A DNA stretch of 64,000 bases from Candidatus Multivoradales bacterium. Its GTDB lineage: Bacteria > Acidobacteriota > Thermoanaerobaculia > Multivoradales > J023. The notes under the pieces are model-generated. The model saw nothing but the letters and a program-made list of their open reading frames with translations. It was not told where the DNA came from and ran no database searches. The DNA is taken from the NCBI GenBank assembly GCA_965248925.1, contig CBDFLE010000005.1:1280001-1344000 (forward strand), read 5' to 3'. Shown here piece by piece: positions 29,201 to 38,640 of the stretch (positions within the stretch are counted from its first letter, which is position 1; every line of letters begins with the position of its first letter). A program made the translations under genes and the position numbers.

Positions 29201-32200
29201 GGTGCAACCTCGCGGTGTTGCATCAAGGGGCCAAAGACAGTCGACGAAGCCGCCGTGAAGGAGGTTTGGCGAAGGTCTTCTTCGGCGGCGCCATTCAGCT
29301 GCAGTGGGTAGCTATCACGCAGCGGATCGAGATCACCGAAGAGGCGTCGTATTTCGGGCTGATCGAGTTCAGAAGAAGAACGAAAACGCCCCCGCAGCTT
29401 GCTCTTGGCGACCTGCAGAGCGGCAGCCCGCCGCGGCTCGTCGGGCGCCTCACCAAGCCTGGCGACGTAGGCGGCGGAGGCTTCGGCAAAAAGTAGCAAC
29501 GGCCAGCGTTGGCCTAGCACCCACAGATCTAGCAGTTCAACCAAGAGCCGGGCAGGGTCCTCAGGCGGAGCGAAGCGAAGCACCTCGGCGGCGCCACTTC
29601 CGCCGCGACCGATGAGCACGCTGGGCTGCGCCCCCAAGGCCCAATTCAGCGCCAAATGACGAATCCACAGACCGAGTTGGGCGGCGGCATGAAGGCGGCC
29701 GAAGCGCACTTCGACCAAGGCCGCCGGCCAGCGATCATCAAACCGCCCCTGCAGCAAGAACCGACGGTTGGCACCTTGCAGCTCGCCGCGAATGGCCGCT
29801 GTAGTAAAGCGCTCGCCGCCGCACCAGGGGGCAGCGGCCGCGGCAAGACCGTCGATCTCTTGGCGCAGACTGTCGAAGATTGTCTGCCCAGCCACTCCGG
29901 GGGGTAACTCACCGGCCGCGCGCAGCAAGTCGTAGGCCCCTTCCAACGAGTCGCCAGCCAGTCGCCAATCGAGTAGACGCTGGCCCACTCGCCAACCTTC
30001 CAAACCGACCAGATCGAGGGGCTCACGGTCTGCGGGCAGATCCCCGTCCGCACTTAGCTGAAGGCCCAGGCGCTGCTCCAAGAAAGCCCGCCAGGGACGC
30101 CGGTAGAAACGCACCAGGTCGTCGAGCTCGAGCTCGACCGGGCTCTCGGCCGCAGCTTCCAGAGCGCTGTCGAGAAATCGGGGCTGGCTTTCATTCTGCT
30201 CACCCAGCGCCCGCGCACCCGCCGCCGCCGCGGCACGAAAACTCCACAGCTCTTCGCTATCGGTGGACGAGAAATAGCGCTGATCAAAAGGCTGTAGCGG
30301 ATGTTCGATCAGCAGCTGGCGGCGCAGAACGGCGGCAGTGGCATCCGTGGTGCGATCCTCTGCTGCGGCGGCGGGCACAAACGACTCGGTCAAACAATCG
30401 AGCAACTCGCCAACCAGCACGCTGGGCGGCAGCTCACTGCCATCGCGGGGAGAGTGGCCAGTGTAGCTGATCAACAGCCGATCGCGGGCCGAGAGCACCG
30501 CTTCGAGCAGCAGATAGCGATCCTCTTCGCGGCGTGAACGATCGCCAGGCCGTGGCTCGGTGACCAGCAGATCAAAGCCGGGTCGGCGATCGAGTCGCGG
30601 ATAGGCGCCGTCGTTCATGCCGGTCAGACACACCACCCGGAAAGGCAAGGTGCGCATCGGCACCAGTTCACAGAAAGTCACTCCCCCTTCGAGAAAACCG
30701 CTGGCCGGCGCCCGCTCCGCGAGCAGGGGTGCCAGCGCCTCGACCCAGGACGCCAATTCCAGCCGCTGATCAAAACCAGCCTGCGCGGCAGTCGCGGTGA
30801 GTTCGATCAGAGCGGCCCGCAGCAGCTCATGCTCAGCGCCAACCTGGTCATCCAGCGCCAGTAAGCGATCCAAGGCACCGAGGAGCAGCTCCGACCAGCC
30901 TTCGGGAGACCGCGGAGTCCGCGCCTGGCGGTGAATTCTGAGCAGGCTCTCCAGCCATTCGCTGAGCCGGCCGAGGGACTCACCGGCAGAACCTTCGATG
31001 TCGTCGAAAGGCAGCACACCGGCAAAGCACTGCTTCCCCTCGCCGACCATGGCAAAACCCAGCAGCAGGCGATCGATCGTGAAACGCCAGGTGTTGGCCC
31101 CGTCCGCCGGCTGGCCGAGGGCCTGGCGATGGTCGCTGTCGGCCCCCCACCGAACCCCCGCACGGCTGAACCAATGGCGCAGATCTTCGAGCTCATCAGC
31201 CGCCAAGCCACAGCGGGCGCGGACCGGCTCGCGGGCGATGAAATCGAGCACCTCACCAGCCCCCAACCGCCCGCCGAGGAGCTGCAACAGCGCCAGGAAC
31301 GCCTCGATCACCGGATGGCCGGAAGCTAGACCGCGATCCGCCACCCGATAAGCGATACGCGGCTCCTCGGCGGCACCGAAGACCGCTTCGACAAAGGGGG
31401 CGTATGCGCCGATATCCGGCGTCATCACCAGCACATCGCGGGGCTCCAGAGTGGCGTCGTCTTGCAACAGGCCGGCCAGCTGGTCGTGCAGCACCTCGAG
31501 TTCGCGCAGCGGTCCGTAGCAGCTGTGCAGGCGAATCGAGTCGTCACCGAAAGCGATCTGCAGGGGCACGCACTCCCGCCCATCGCCTCGACCCGCTTGA
31601 CCGACTCGGCGGTGGCGCAGATTCAAGATGTCGGACTGCAAGGCGTGCAGGGCCGTATCGGTTCCTGGATCGCGATATAGATCGAGGTCGGCCTCGCGCA
31701 TTCCCTCGATCCCTTCGAGCACCCATTGGAAATCACGCCCCAAACGGCCCCAGGAGGCCAACAGCGGGTTGCCCTCGTCCAGATGCAACTGGTCGGCAGT
31801 GGCCGGCCGGTGGCCAAACAGACTCAGTTGGCGACCGATGTCGCGCCGAGAACGAATATCGGCAAAAAACTCCCGCGACGGGCTCAGCACGAAGAGGTGC
31901 AGGTCCAGGTGTCTAGCTAATGCAGCGAGAATCTCGACATAGAGGGGCGGAAGCGCGCTCAGGCCAAAGAGTGAAACCCGCTCCGGCAAGCCCGGCAGCG
32001 GGCCCCGCCAATGCTCGAGCGCGGTATGAAAACGCTCGGCCCTCGCCGCCAAGTGCCAATCTCCCAGACGCCGCCCCAAACGCCGCCATAGGACCGCCTG
32101 CCAATCCTCCCCTTCGCCTCTGTCCCAAGCTCGAACCCGCTGTTGCCGATAGACCGCGTAGCGATCGAACACCCCAGCGATCCGCCGTGCCAGATCGAGT

Positions 32201-32562
32201 TGACGACGAACTCCAGGATCGGCAGCGAGATACTGCCGCAGAGGCTGCATCCGCGGGTCGTCGTCCAACTCCTTCAGCAATCCGCAAATTGACCAGGTCA
32301 GCGCTTCAGGGCTGGGCAGAGCCTGGGTCGAGTCGCCGAGCACGGCGGCGAAGGCGCGCTCGATGAAGCGGCGCGGAAATGGAAAATCAGGATTGGCCCA
32401 GATTCCCAGCCGGCGGGAGAGTTCCATCGCCAGCCAGCGCTCCATGCCGCGCCCCTGAACCACCACGCATTCGCTGGCAAGGGGATCCGACAATGGCCGA
32501 GTTACCAGCTGGGCGAGAACAGCGAGCAGTTCCTCGGTACGGTTGCTGCGATAAATATACAT
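29197..32562 (-). CDS. recC: Exodeoxyribonuclease V gamma subunit
   Basis: YRSNRTEEL, GMERWL, NPLLASWG, LQSDIL, VMTPDI, PMRTLPFRVVC and HPLQPF motifs. Confidence 0.93.
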   Translation of the reverse strand: MYIYRSNRTEELLAVLAQLVTRPLSDPLASECVVVQGRGMERWLAMELSRRLGIWANPDFPFPRRFIERAFAAVLGDSTQALPSPEALTWSICGLLKELDDDPRMQPLRQYLAADPGVRRQLDLARRIAGVFDRYAVYRQQRVRAWDRGEGEDWQAVLWRRLGRRLGDWHLAARAERFHTALEHWRGPLPGLPERVSLFGLSALPPLYVEILAALARHLDLHLFVLSPSREFFADIRSRRDIGRQLSLFGHRPATADQLHLDEGNPLLASWGRLGRDFQWVLEGIEGMREADLDLYRDPGTDTALHALQSDILNLRHRRVGQAGRGDGRECVPLQIAFGDDSIRLHSCYGPLRELEVLHDQLAGLLQDDATLEPRDVLVMTPDIGAYAPFVEAVFGAAEEPRIAYRVADRGLASGHPVIEAFLALLQLLGGRLGAGEVLDFIAREPVRARCGLAADELEDLRHWFSRAGVRWGADSDHRQALGQPADGANTWRFTIDRLLLGFAMVGEGKQCFAGVLPFDDIEGSAGESLGRLSEWLESLLRIHRQARTPRSPEGWSELLLGALDRLLALDDQVGAEHELLRAALIELTATAAQAGFDQRLELASWVEALAPLLAERAPASGFLEGGVTFCELVPMRTLPFRVVCLTGMNDGAYPRLDRRPGFDLLVTEPRPGDRSRREEDRYLLLEAVLSARDRLLISYTGHSPRDGSELPPSVLVGELLDCLTESFVPAAAAEDRTTDATAAVLRRQLLIEHPLQPFDQRYFSSTDSEELWSFRAAAAAGARALGEQNESQPRFLDSALEAAAESPVELELDDLVRFYRRPWRAFLEQRLGLQLSADGDLPADREPLDLVGLEGWRVGQRLLDWRLAGDSLEGAYDLLRAAGELPPGVAGQTIFDSLRQEIDGLAAAAAPWCGGERFTTAAIRGELQGANRRFLLQGRFDDRWPAALVEVRFGRLHAAAQLGLWIRHLALNWALGAQPSVLIGRGGSGAAEVLRFAPPEDPARLLVELLDLWVLGQRWPLLLFAEASAAYVARLGEAPDEPRRAAALQVAKSKLRGRFRSSSELDQPEIRRLFGDLDPLRDSYPLQLNGAAEEDLRQTSFTAASSTVFGPLMQHREVAP

Positions 32563-32651
32563 GGCGAGCCGGCGAATGATACCCCGCGCCTGGGCAGAGC
32601 TCACCGTTGCCATAAGATAGTCCTCCGATCCATTCCCACGAGGAGTTGAAC

Positions 32652-34334
32652 ATGGCCGATGACCCGATCCAGGACGTAGCCTCCACCGCCACTTCGCCAG
32701 CATCCAAGCGCGGTCGCGGGATGGCGCTGCACACCAAGATCTTGATCGGCATGGCGATCGGCGTCCTGGGTGGCCTGTTGGTCGGCCCGAACTCTCCCTT
32801 GTTGGAAAAATCAGCCGTCGAGTTGACCGGCGCCGTGGTTCTCGATGCGCCGCAAGGAATCGCCGTAGCGATGGCCCAAGAGCTGCGCCGCGGCCGGCTG
32901 GTGGACCAACAACCCGGCTGGTTGAAGATCGAAGGCCGGCTCTCAGCGGCGGCCTTGCTGCGCCTGCAGGCCGCTGGAGTGGCCGCGGCCGGCGGCGGCG
33001 AGCCCGGCATGACCGTCGGCGGCTGGGTGGCCGACGAAAGCGGCAAGATCCGTCGTTTCGCGCCCTTGGGCCAACGCTTGGTGGACCTCACCGAGTGGAT
33101 CGGCCGCCTCTTCCTGGCGCTGATCCGCATGGTGGTGGTGCCGCTGGTGTTCTTCTCTTTGGTGGTGGGGGTGGCCTCTTTGGGTGATTTTCGCAAGCTC
33201 GGCCGGCTCGGCGGTCGCACCCTGGCCTACTTCACCGGCACCACCGTCGTAGCGTTGGTGATCGGCGTCAGCCTGGCCAACCTGGTGGCTCCGGGCAAGC
33301 TGCTCTCGGCCGCCGACAGCGCCCTGCTGCAAAGCTCCTACAGCGGCCCCGCCGGCAGCAAGATGATGAGCGCCGCCGCGGCGCCGTCGCTGGTCGATCA
33401 CCTGGTTTCGATCGTGCCGACCAATCCGGTCGCGGCGCTGGCTGGTGGCGACATGCTGCAAGTGATCTTCTTCGCCCTGATGCTGGGCATCGCCCTGACT
33501 TTTCTCGACACCGAGCGCGCTAGACCGGTGGTGGAGCTATTCGACCGCCTCAACGATGCCATGGTGATGCTGGTTCACATCGCCATGGCGCTAGCACCCT
33601 ACGGCGTCGCCGCCCTGCTCTTCAAGGTGGTCGGATCAACTGGCTTCTCGGTGCTGGTCGCCCTGTCGGCCTACACTGGCGTGGTCTTGCTCGGCTTGTT
33701 GCTGCACTTGCTACTGACCTTCGGCACGGTGATCCGGATGGGAGTCAAACTGCCGTTCTTGAGTTTCCTCGGCGCCATCAAGGAAGCGGTTTTGGTGGGC
33801 TTCTCCACCTCCAGCTCCTCCGCCACCTTGCCGATAACCAAAGAGTGTTGTGAGGACAACTTGGGGATCAGTCCGCAGGTGTCGAGCTTCGTGCTGCCGA
33901 TTGGCGCCACCGTCAACATGGATGGCACCGCCCTTTACCAAGGTGTCGCGGCGATTTTCATTGCCCAGATTTACGGCATGGACCTCGGCCTGGCCGAACA
34001 AGCCACCATCGTCGCCTCGGCGACCTTGGCCTCGGTTGGCGCCGCCGGGGTGCCGGGGGCGGGCATGATCACCCTGGCTTTGGTGCTGACCGCCATCGGC
34101 GTGCCCACCGAGGGGCTGGCCCTGGTGCTCGGCGTCGACCGACTGCTCGACATGTTCCGTACCGCCCTCAATATCATCGGCGATGCCACCGCCACCGCCC
34201 TGATGGCGCGACTGGAAGGTGAAGATCTACGCATCCTGAGCGATGCCGAAGACAGCGCCGACCCTCGGCACGGTTTCGCTGGCCGACTCAGCGGCGGCCC
34301 GCGGGCGGTGAGCCTGCCTAGTGATAGCAACTAA
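32652..34334 (+). CDS. Dicarboxylate/amino acid:cation symporter (DAACS, GltP-like)
   Basis: FSTSSSSATLP, PIGATVNMDGTALY, ASVGAAGVPG and DRLLDMFRT motifs. Confidence 0.93.
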   Translation: MADDPIQDVASTATSPASKRGRGMALHTKILIGMAIGVLGGLLVGPNSPLLEKSAVELTGAVVLDAPQGIAVAMAQELRRGRLVDQQPGWLKIEGRLSAAALLRLQAAGVAAAGGGEPGMTVGGWVADESGKIRRFAPLGQRLVDLTEWIGRLFLALIRMVVVPLVFFSLVVGVASLGDFRKLGRLGGRTLAYFTGTTVVALVIGVSLANLVAPGKLLSAADSALLQSSYSGPAGSKMMSAAAAPSLVDHLVSIVPTNPVAALAGGDMLQVIFFALMLGIALTFLDTERARPVVELFDRLNDAMVMLVHIAMALAPYGVAALLFKVVGSTGFSVLVALSAYTGVVLLGLLLHLLLTFGTVIRMGVKLPFLSFLGAIKEAVLVGFSTSSSSATLPITKECCEDNLGISPQVSSFVLPIGATVNMDGTALYQGVAAIFIAQIYGMDLGLAEQATIVASATLASVGAAGVPGAGMITLALVLTAIGVPTEGLALVLGVDRLLDMFRTALNIIGDATATALMARLEGEDLRILSDAEDSADPRHGFAGRLSGGPRAVSLPSDSN

Positions 34335-34532
34335 CCAGCCAGCTGCCCACCAAGTGGGCGCCGCAGACTAAACCAGACCGCTGGCTGCCTGAGAAGTAGG
34401 CGGTAAGCGGCTGGTCGTCACCGTATTGACTGTTTTTTGGAGCGTCCTTGTACCTGGCACAATCCGTGCTTCTCAGTAGATCTTTGTAGTCTTCGATGCT
34501 TTAGATCTAATGAACCTGGAGGTGCGATCGCC

Positions 34533-36443
34533 ATGTCAAACCAATGCCCCGGTAAAGAAGGTTTTCTGAAAGCAGCTCGCGACCTATCTGCGGAGAGTTA
34601 TCGCCGCCTGGTGGGTCGGCGCGGGCGCCAGCTCTTGGGCGCGGCAGTTGGCCCGGTGAGCAACGAGAAACTGCGCCGACAAGTTGAGAAGAAACTCGAT
34701 TCACATTTCGAGAAGATCCACCTCGGCCGCGACTTCTTGCCAGCGTCGTTCCTGGCTGACGGCGCCAGCCGCGCGCAAGCGGTGTGCCGCATCTCGACCC
34801 CTACCTCCCTGGGCACCGGATTTCTAGTCGCACCGGGTATCCTGATGACTAACAACCACGTTTTGGAAGACCTCGCGACGGCCGCCGACAGCACCGCCGA
34901 GTTTGGCTTCGAGGCGGGCAAAAACGCCACTTTGGCGGCGATAGAACCCAGCCGATTGTTCATCACCAACGAGGCCCTGGACTTTACGATCGTCGCCTGC
35001 GACGCCACCCCCCTCGACGGTATCGAGCCGATCGCTTTGTTGCGCGAGCCGGCGGGCGCCATCCGCAACGAACGGGTCAATGTGATCCAACACCCGAGTG
35101 GTCGGCGTAAGGAAGTAGCGCTGCACGACAATCGGGTCGAGCGGGTGCTCGATACGGTGATTCGCTACCGCACCGACACCGAACCGGGATCCTCGGGCTC
35201 ACCAGTGTTCAACAATCAATGGCAGCTGGTCGCCCTGCACCACGCCGGCTTTGCCGAGGACGGCGGCCAAGCACAGAACGAAGGCATCCGGATTTCGGCA
35301 ATCATCAACCAGCTGTTGAGTTCATCAAGTGAATCGGCGGCCCGCAGCGAAGCCTTCGACGAGCTGCTCGCCACTCTCGATCACAGCACGCCGAACTTCG
35401 GTTTCTTCGACCTCGCTGGTTTGCGGCCGGATGACGGTCGCGAAGTCCAGGTCGACAGCCACCAGGGCACCCCGGATTTCGCCGATATCGGCGTGTGGAA
35501 TATCGAGCACTTCAACGACCGCATCTCCGATCGCCGGCTGGAGGACGTGGCCGATGTGATCGAGCGCCTGTCAATGGACGTGCTCGGACTGGTCGAGGTG
35601 CAGCGCGGCGCCATGGAACGCCTGGTCGAAAATCTTGGCCGGCGCGGTCTGGCGACCGGCTTCGCCTTGCTCGATGTCAGTGGCAGCCAGGATCTGGCGG
35701 TGCTCTTCGACCGCGACACCACCACCGTCGAGCTGCGCCCGGACCTCGCCGAACGCCACCAGGAGCGCCTCGCGGCCCGCACCGACAACGGCCGTAGCGC
35801 CTTCCCCAGGGCGCCGCTATTCGCCGATTGCCGGGTCGCCGACGAGCTGCACGGGGAGGTGCGCTTCCTGATGATGGTTGTCCACCTGAAAGCCTTTGGC
35901 GATCCCCAAAGCCGTGCCCGCCGCCGGCTAGCGGCGCAGATGCTGAGCGAGATCGTTGCCGACGTACAGACCAGTGAAGGCTTGCCGGTGGTGCTGACCG
36001 GCGACTTCAACGAACGCCTGACCACCGACGTACTCGACCCGCTGAGCGATGCCCAAGACCTCTTCGCGTTGACCGCGGACGATGCCCAAACCGACGCCAT
36101 CTCCTTCGTCGGCAATCGGCATCGCTCACTGATTGACCACATCATCGTCTCCCGCGACGCGGTGCTGGGCGAGATTTCCGGCGACGACGCTGCCATTGTT
36201 CGCCTCGACCGCTCGGTGCGCGACTTCAGCGATCGGGTTTCCGACCACGTGCCGATCGTGCTGCGCTTGATCTTCCACCCCAGCGCCGCGGATCAGCCGC
36301 CGGCCGACGACGCTCTACCCTCGCGGCCAACCGCCAACGGCAACGGTCAGCAGGTCTTCCACATCCCACTGCCAGCCGGCGCGGAGGGCATCCGCCTAGA
36401 ATTCGAGGGTGCCCGGGAGAGTACCGTAGTGGAGTTGGGCTAG
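34533..36443 (+). CDS. Trypsin-like serine protease fused to an exonuclease/endonuclease/phosphatase (EEP) domain
   Basis: Protease triad TNNHV / LDF / PGSSGSP. EEP motifs WNIEHF, VEV, HLKA, GDFN, IDHI and SDHVP. Confidence 0.85.
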   Translation: MSNQCPGKEGFLKAARDLSAESYRRLVGRRGRQLLGAAVGPVSNEKLRRQVEKKLDSHFEKIHLGRDFLPASFLADGASRAQAVCRISTPTSLGTGFLVAPGILMTNNHVLEDLATAADSTAEFGFEAGKNATLAAIEPSRLFITNEALDFTIVACDATPLDGIEPIALLREPAGAIRNERVNVIQHPSGRRKEVALHDNRVERVLDTVIRYRTDTEPGSSGSPVFNNQWQLVALHHAGFAEDGGQAQNEGIRISAIINQLLSSSSESAARSEAFDELLATLDHSTPNFGFFDLAGLRPDDGREVQVDSHQGTPDFADIGVWNIEHFNDRISDRRLEDVADVIERLSMDVLGLVEVQRGAMERLVENLGRRGLATGFALLDVSGSQDLAVLFDRDTTTVELRPDLAERHQERLAARTDNGRSAFPRAPLFADCRVADELHGEVRFLMMVVHLKAFGDPQSRARRRLAAQMLSEIVADVQTSEGLPVVLTGDFNERLTTDVLDPLSDAQDLFALTADDAQTDAISFVGNRHRSLIDHIIVSRDAVLGEISGDDAAIVRLDRSVRDFSDRVSDHVPIVLRLIFHPSAADQPPADDALPSRPTANGNGQQVFHIPLPAGAEGIRLEFEGARESTVVELG

Positions 36444-36522
36444 CTGAACCGGCCTTTGGCCTGGTCAGAGCGTGGGGTCGCCGGCCGCCACCGGCGATCT
36501 CGCGCTACTCGTTAGGGGATGA

Positions 36523-36963
36523 TCAGCTATTGGCAGCCGCAAACGGATTACACACCGTCACACCGCCGTAGTTCTGCCCCTCGTTCAAGTCTTCAGACCA
36601 AAGCACCTGGCAGCCGAGCCGCGACGCACTCTGGAGAATCATCGCGTCCCAGAAGGAGATCTGAAAATCCTGCTGACGCTGCATCGCGGCCACCACGTCG
36701 CTGGCTTGGGGTGAGTGAATCTGCCACTCGGCCAGCACCTCGACCACGACCGTCGCCGATGAGATCGATAGAGGTTTCTCCACCCTGCGAGTCACGTTGA
36801 CAACGAATTCCTGAAGCGTCTGGATGCTCAGGCACCCGGTCCGCCGTTGCCACAGGCTGGCGAGAAGATCAGCGGCAATCCGCTGTTTGGGTCCAGCAGA
36901 GAGATCGTGGGCGTAGACCAGCACATTGGAGTCAACGAATTCGCGCGTCGTGCTATCGCTCAT
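36523..36963 (-). CDS. PIN-domain toxin (VapC family)
   Basis: FVDSNVLVYA, QTLQEF, SFWDAMI and WSEDLN...NPF motifs. Confidence 0.9.
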   Translation of the reverse strand: MSDSTTREFVDSNVLVYAHDLSAGPKQRIAADLLASLWQRRTGCLSIQTLQEFVVNVTRRVEKPLSISSATVVVEVLAEWQIHSPQASDVVAAMQRQQDFQISFWDAMILQSASRLGCQVLWSEDLNEGQNYGGVTVCNPFAAANS

Positions 36964-37195
36964 GAAGTTCCGTTCGGGGAGCTAAGGGCCCTCCCCCAGT
37001 GCCCAAGTCGAATCCCCGGTCAAGCAATCGTAGGTGCTTGCTGCGAGCAAGCTCGTAGCGCTCTCGTCCTGCCACCATCTGCTCGATCAATCCGATCAGT
37101 AAACGGGACAACGAGATGCCTTCCTCAACCGCTGCAAGTTTGGCTTTCTTCAGCGTTTTCTTGGAAAGAGAGAGGGTGACGTTCTGAGTTTGCAT
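36953..37195 (-). CDS. RHH-type antitoxin (VapB-like)
   Basis: 80 aa, QNVTLSL...AKLAA....SLSRL ribbon-helix-helix pattern, overlapping the toxin start. Confidence 0.85.
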   Translation of the reverse strand: MQTQNVTLSLSKKTLKKAKLAAVEEGISLSRLLIGLIEQMVAGRERYELARSKHLRLLDRGFDLGTGGGPLAPRTELHER

Positions 37196-37229
37196 TCAAA
37201 ATCTCCAATTGTCGGCTCCGAAAATCATA

Positions 37230-37262
37230 TCACGTAAACGCGTGTGTCACGCGTTTACGTGA
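37230..37262. promoter_or_regulatory. Inverted-repeat operator upstream of the TA operon
   Basis: Perfect 15-bp arms: tcacgtaaacgcgtg-tgt-cacgcgtttacgtga. Confidence 0.7.
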
Positions 37263-37365
37263 CTCTCAGAACCTGCGAGTCACTCGGGCGACCGCTCAAA
37301 ATCAGCTCCGGCAGGCCCGCTACATTTCAAACCCCAGGTGCGCCGGGCAGGTTAGGCTGGCGACG

Positions 37366-37968
37366 ATGAGCATCTTTCGCACTCTCGCCGCTGGCTGGCG
37401 CCACGAGATCCCCAAGATCAAGGGGTCGCGCTTCCTGGCTGCGGTGGAGCCGATCGATTCCACTGCTGAGGCAGCTGCATTCGTCGCCGCTCGGCGTGAA
37501 GAGTTTCGCGGCGCCACCCACAATTGCTGGGCTTGGCGGCTGAAGACTGCCGATGAATATCGCTACAGCGACGATGGCGAGCCCTCGGGTTCCGCCGGTC
37601 GGCCGATCTTCAAGGAGATCGAAGGGCGCGGCTTGCAGAATGTGGTGGTAGTGGTAACCCGCTGGTATGGTGGCACCAAGCTCGGCACCGGCGGCTTGGT
37701 ACGGGCCTACAGTGGCGCCGCCGCCGCCACTCTCGATCTAGCGAAGATCGTCGAGCGGCCGATTGTCGAGATCTTCGAACTGCGCTTCTCCTACGGTCTC
37801 AGCAGCGCCATCGACCGGCTGCTGGCCGCCTTCTCCCTGCAACCGACAGCCAGCCAATACCAGGCAGAGGTGTCGATGACCCTGGCGGTGCCGATCGACC
37901 AGGCCGACCGGCTGCGCCAAGAACTGATCGAAGCGACTTCTGGCCAGGTGGTGGTCAAGCGCCAGTAG
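37366..37968 (+). CDS. yigZ: YigZ/IMPACT family protein
   Basis: IKGSRF, ATHNCWAW, DDGEPSGSAGRP and VTRWYGGTKLGTGGLVRAY motifs. Confidence 0.92.
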   Translation: MSIFRTLAAGWRHEIPKIKGSRFLAAVEPIDSTAEAAAFVAARREEFRGATHNCWAWRLKTADEYRYSDDGEPSGSAGRPIFKEIEGRGLQNVVVVVTRWYGGTKLGTGGLVRAYSGAAAATLDLAKIVERPIVEIFELRFSYGLSSAIDRLLAAFSLQPTASQYQAEVSMTLAVPIDQADRLRQELIEATSGQVVVKRQ

Positions 37969-38023
37969 CAGCTGTTCTCAGACATGTTTGCGAACAGGCT
38001 CAATAGCGGCTCGTCGCCCTCTT
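37963..38023 (+). repeat. 61-bp direct repeat, copy 1
   Basis: 54/61 identical to 43211..43271, with the last 26 bp identical. Contains an imperfect palindrome. Confidence 0.85.
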
Positions 38024-38047
38024 CCTACTCCTACGGTCGGCAGCGGA

Positions 38048-38075
38048 GTTAGAATCCTAGTTGTAGGAATCTAAC
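38048..38075. promoter_or_regulatory. Inverted repeat upstream of the AbrB-like gene
   Basis: gttagaatccta-gttg-taggaatctaac (11/12 complementary). Confidence 0.55.
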
Positions 38076-38101
38076 CGTAGTTCATTCTACTGGGAGCAGC
38101 C

Positions 38102-38338
38102 ATGAGGATCACGACCAAGAGCCAGGTCACCATCCCGATCGAGATTGGTGAGCAGCTCGGGTTTCTGCCGCACGCGGAAGTCAGCTTCGTCGTCGATGGG
38201 ACCAGCGTCCGGCTGGTGAGAAGTGGAAAGCCCGGTGGCGGGCGAGGCCGCCGAATAGTGGATCATCTCACCAGCGTCCGCATGACGACCGAGGAGATTC
38301 TGGCTCTGACACCAGAACTCCTGACCTACTCCTCCTAA
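38102..38338 (+). CDS. AbrB/MazE/SpoVT-family antitoxin (orphan)
   Basis: MRITTKSQVTIP...LG....EV.F and MTTEEILALT motifs. No toxin follows. Confidence 0.8.
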   Translation: MRITTKSQVTIPIEIGEQLGFLPHAEVSFVVDGTSVRLVRSGKPGGGRGRRIVDHLTSVRMTTEEILALTPELLTYSS

Positions 38339-38539
38339 CTCTTTGAAAACACAAGACCGCCCCTCAGAGAGGGTGGGGACCCAAGGCTGTCCACTTTTTT
38401 CGCTGCCGAGACATGATCGGGTAGGGCACCGACGACCGCCAATGCCGTCCCGTTTCCTGACTCCGTCTGCTTTGCCAATGGGGTCGTGGTGATCAACAAC
38501 CGTTGCCGGCTTCAACAGAGGGCGGCTATCGCTAGGTCG

Positions 38540-38640
38540 CCTGGACGCCGGCAACGCCTGGAAGGCCGAGGGTGTATCGAATCGCGAGATTGGCCGGCGA
38601 TTGGCCATCGATGAGCAGGCCGTTCGCAAGGATTTGTCAA
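38540..38640 (+). pseudogene. HTH fragment, probable transposase remnant
   Basis: Reads KAEGVSNREIGRRLAIDEQAVRK with no intact ORF. Confidence 0.5.
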
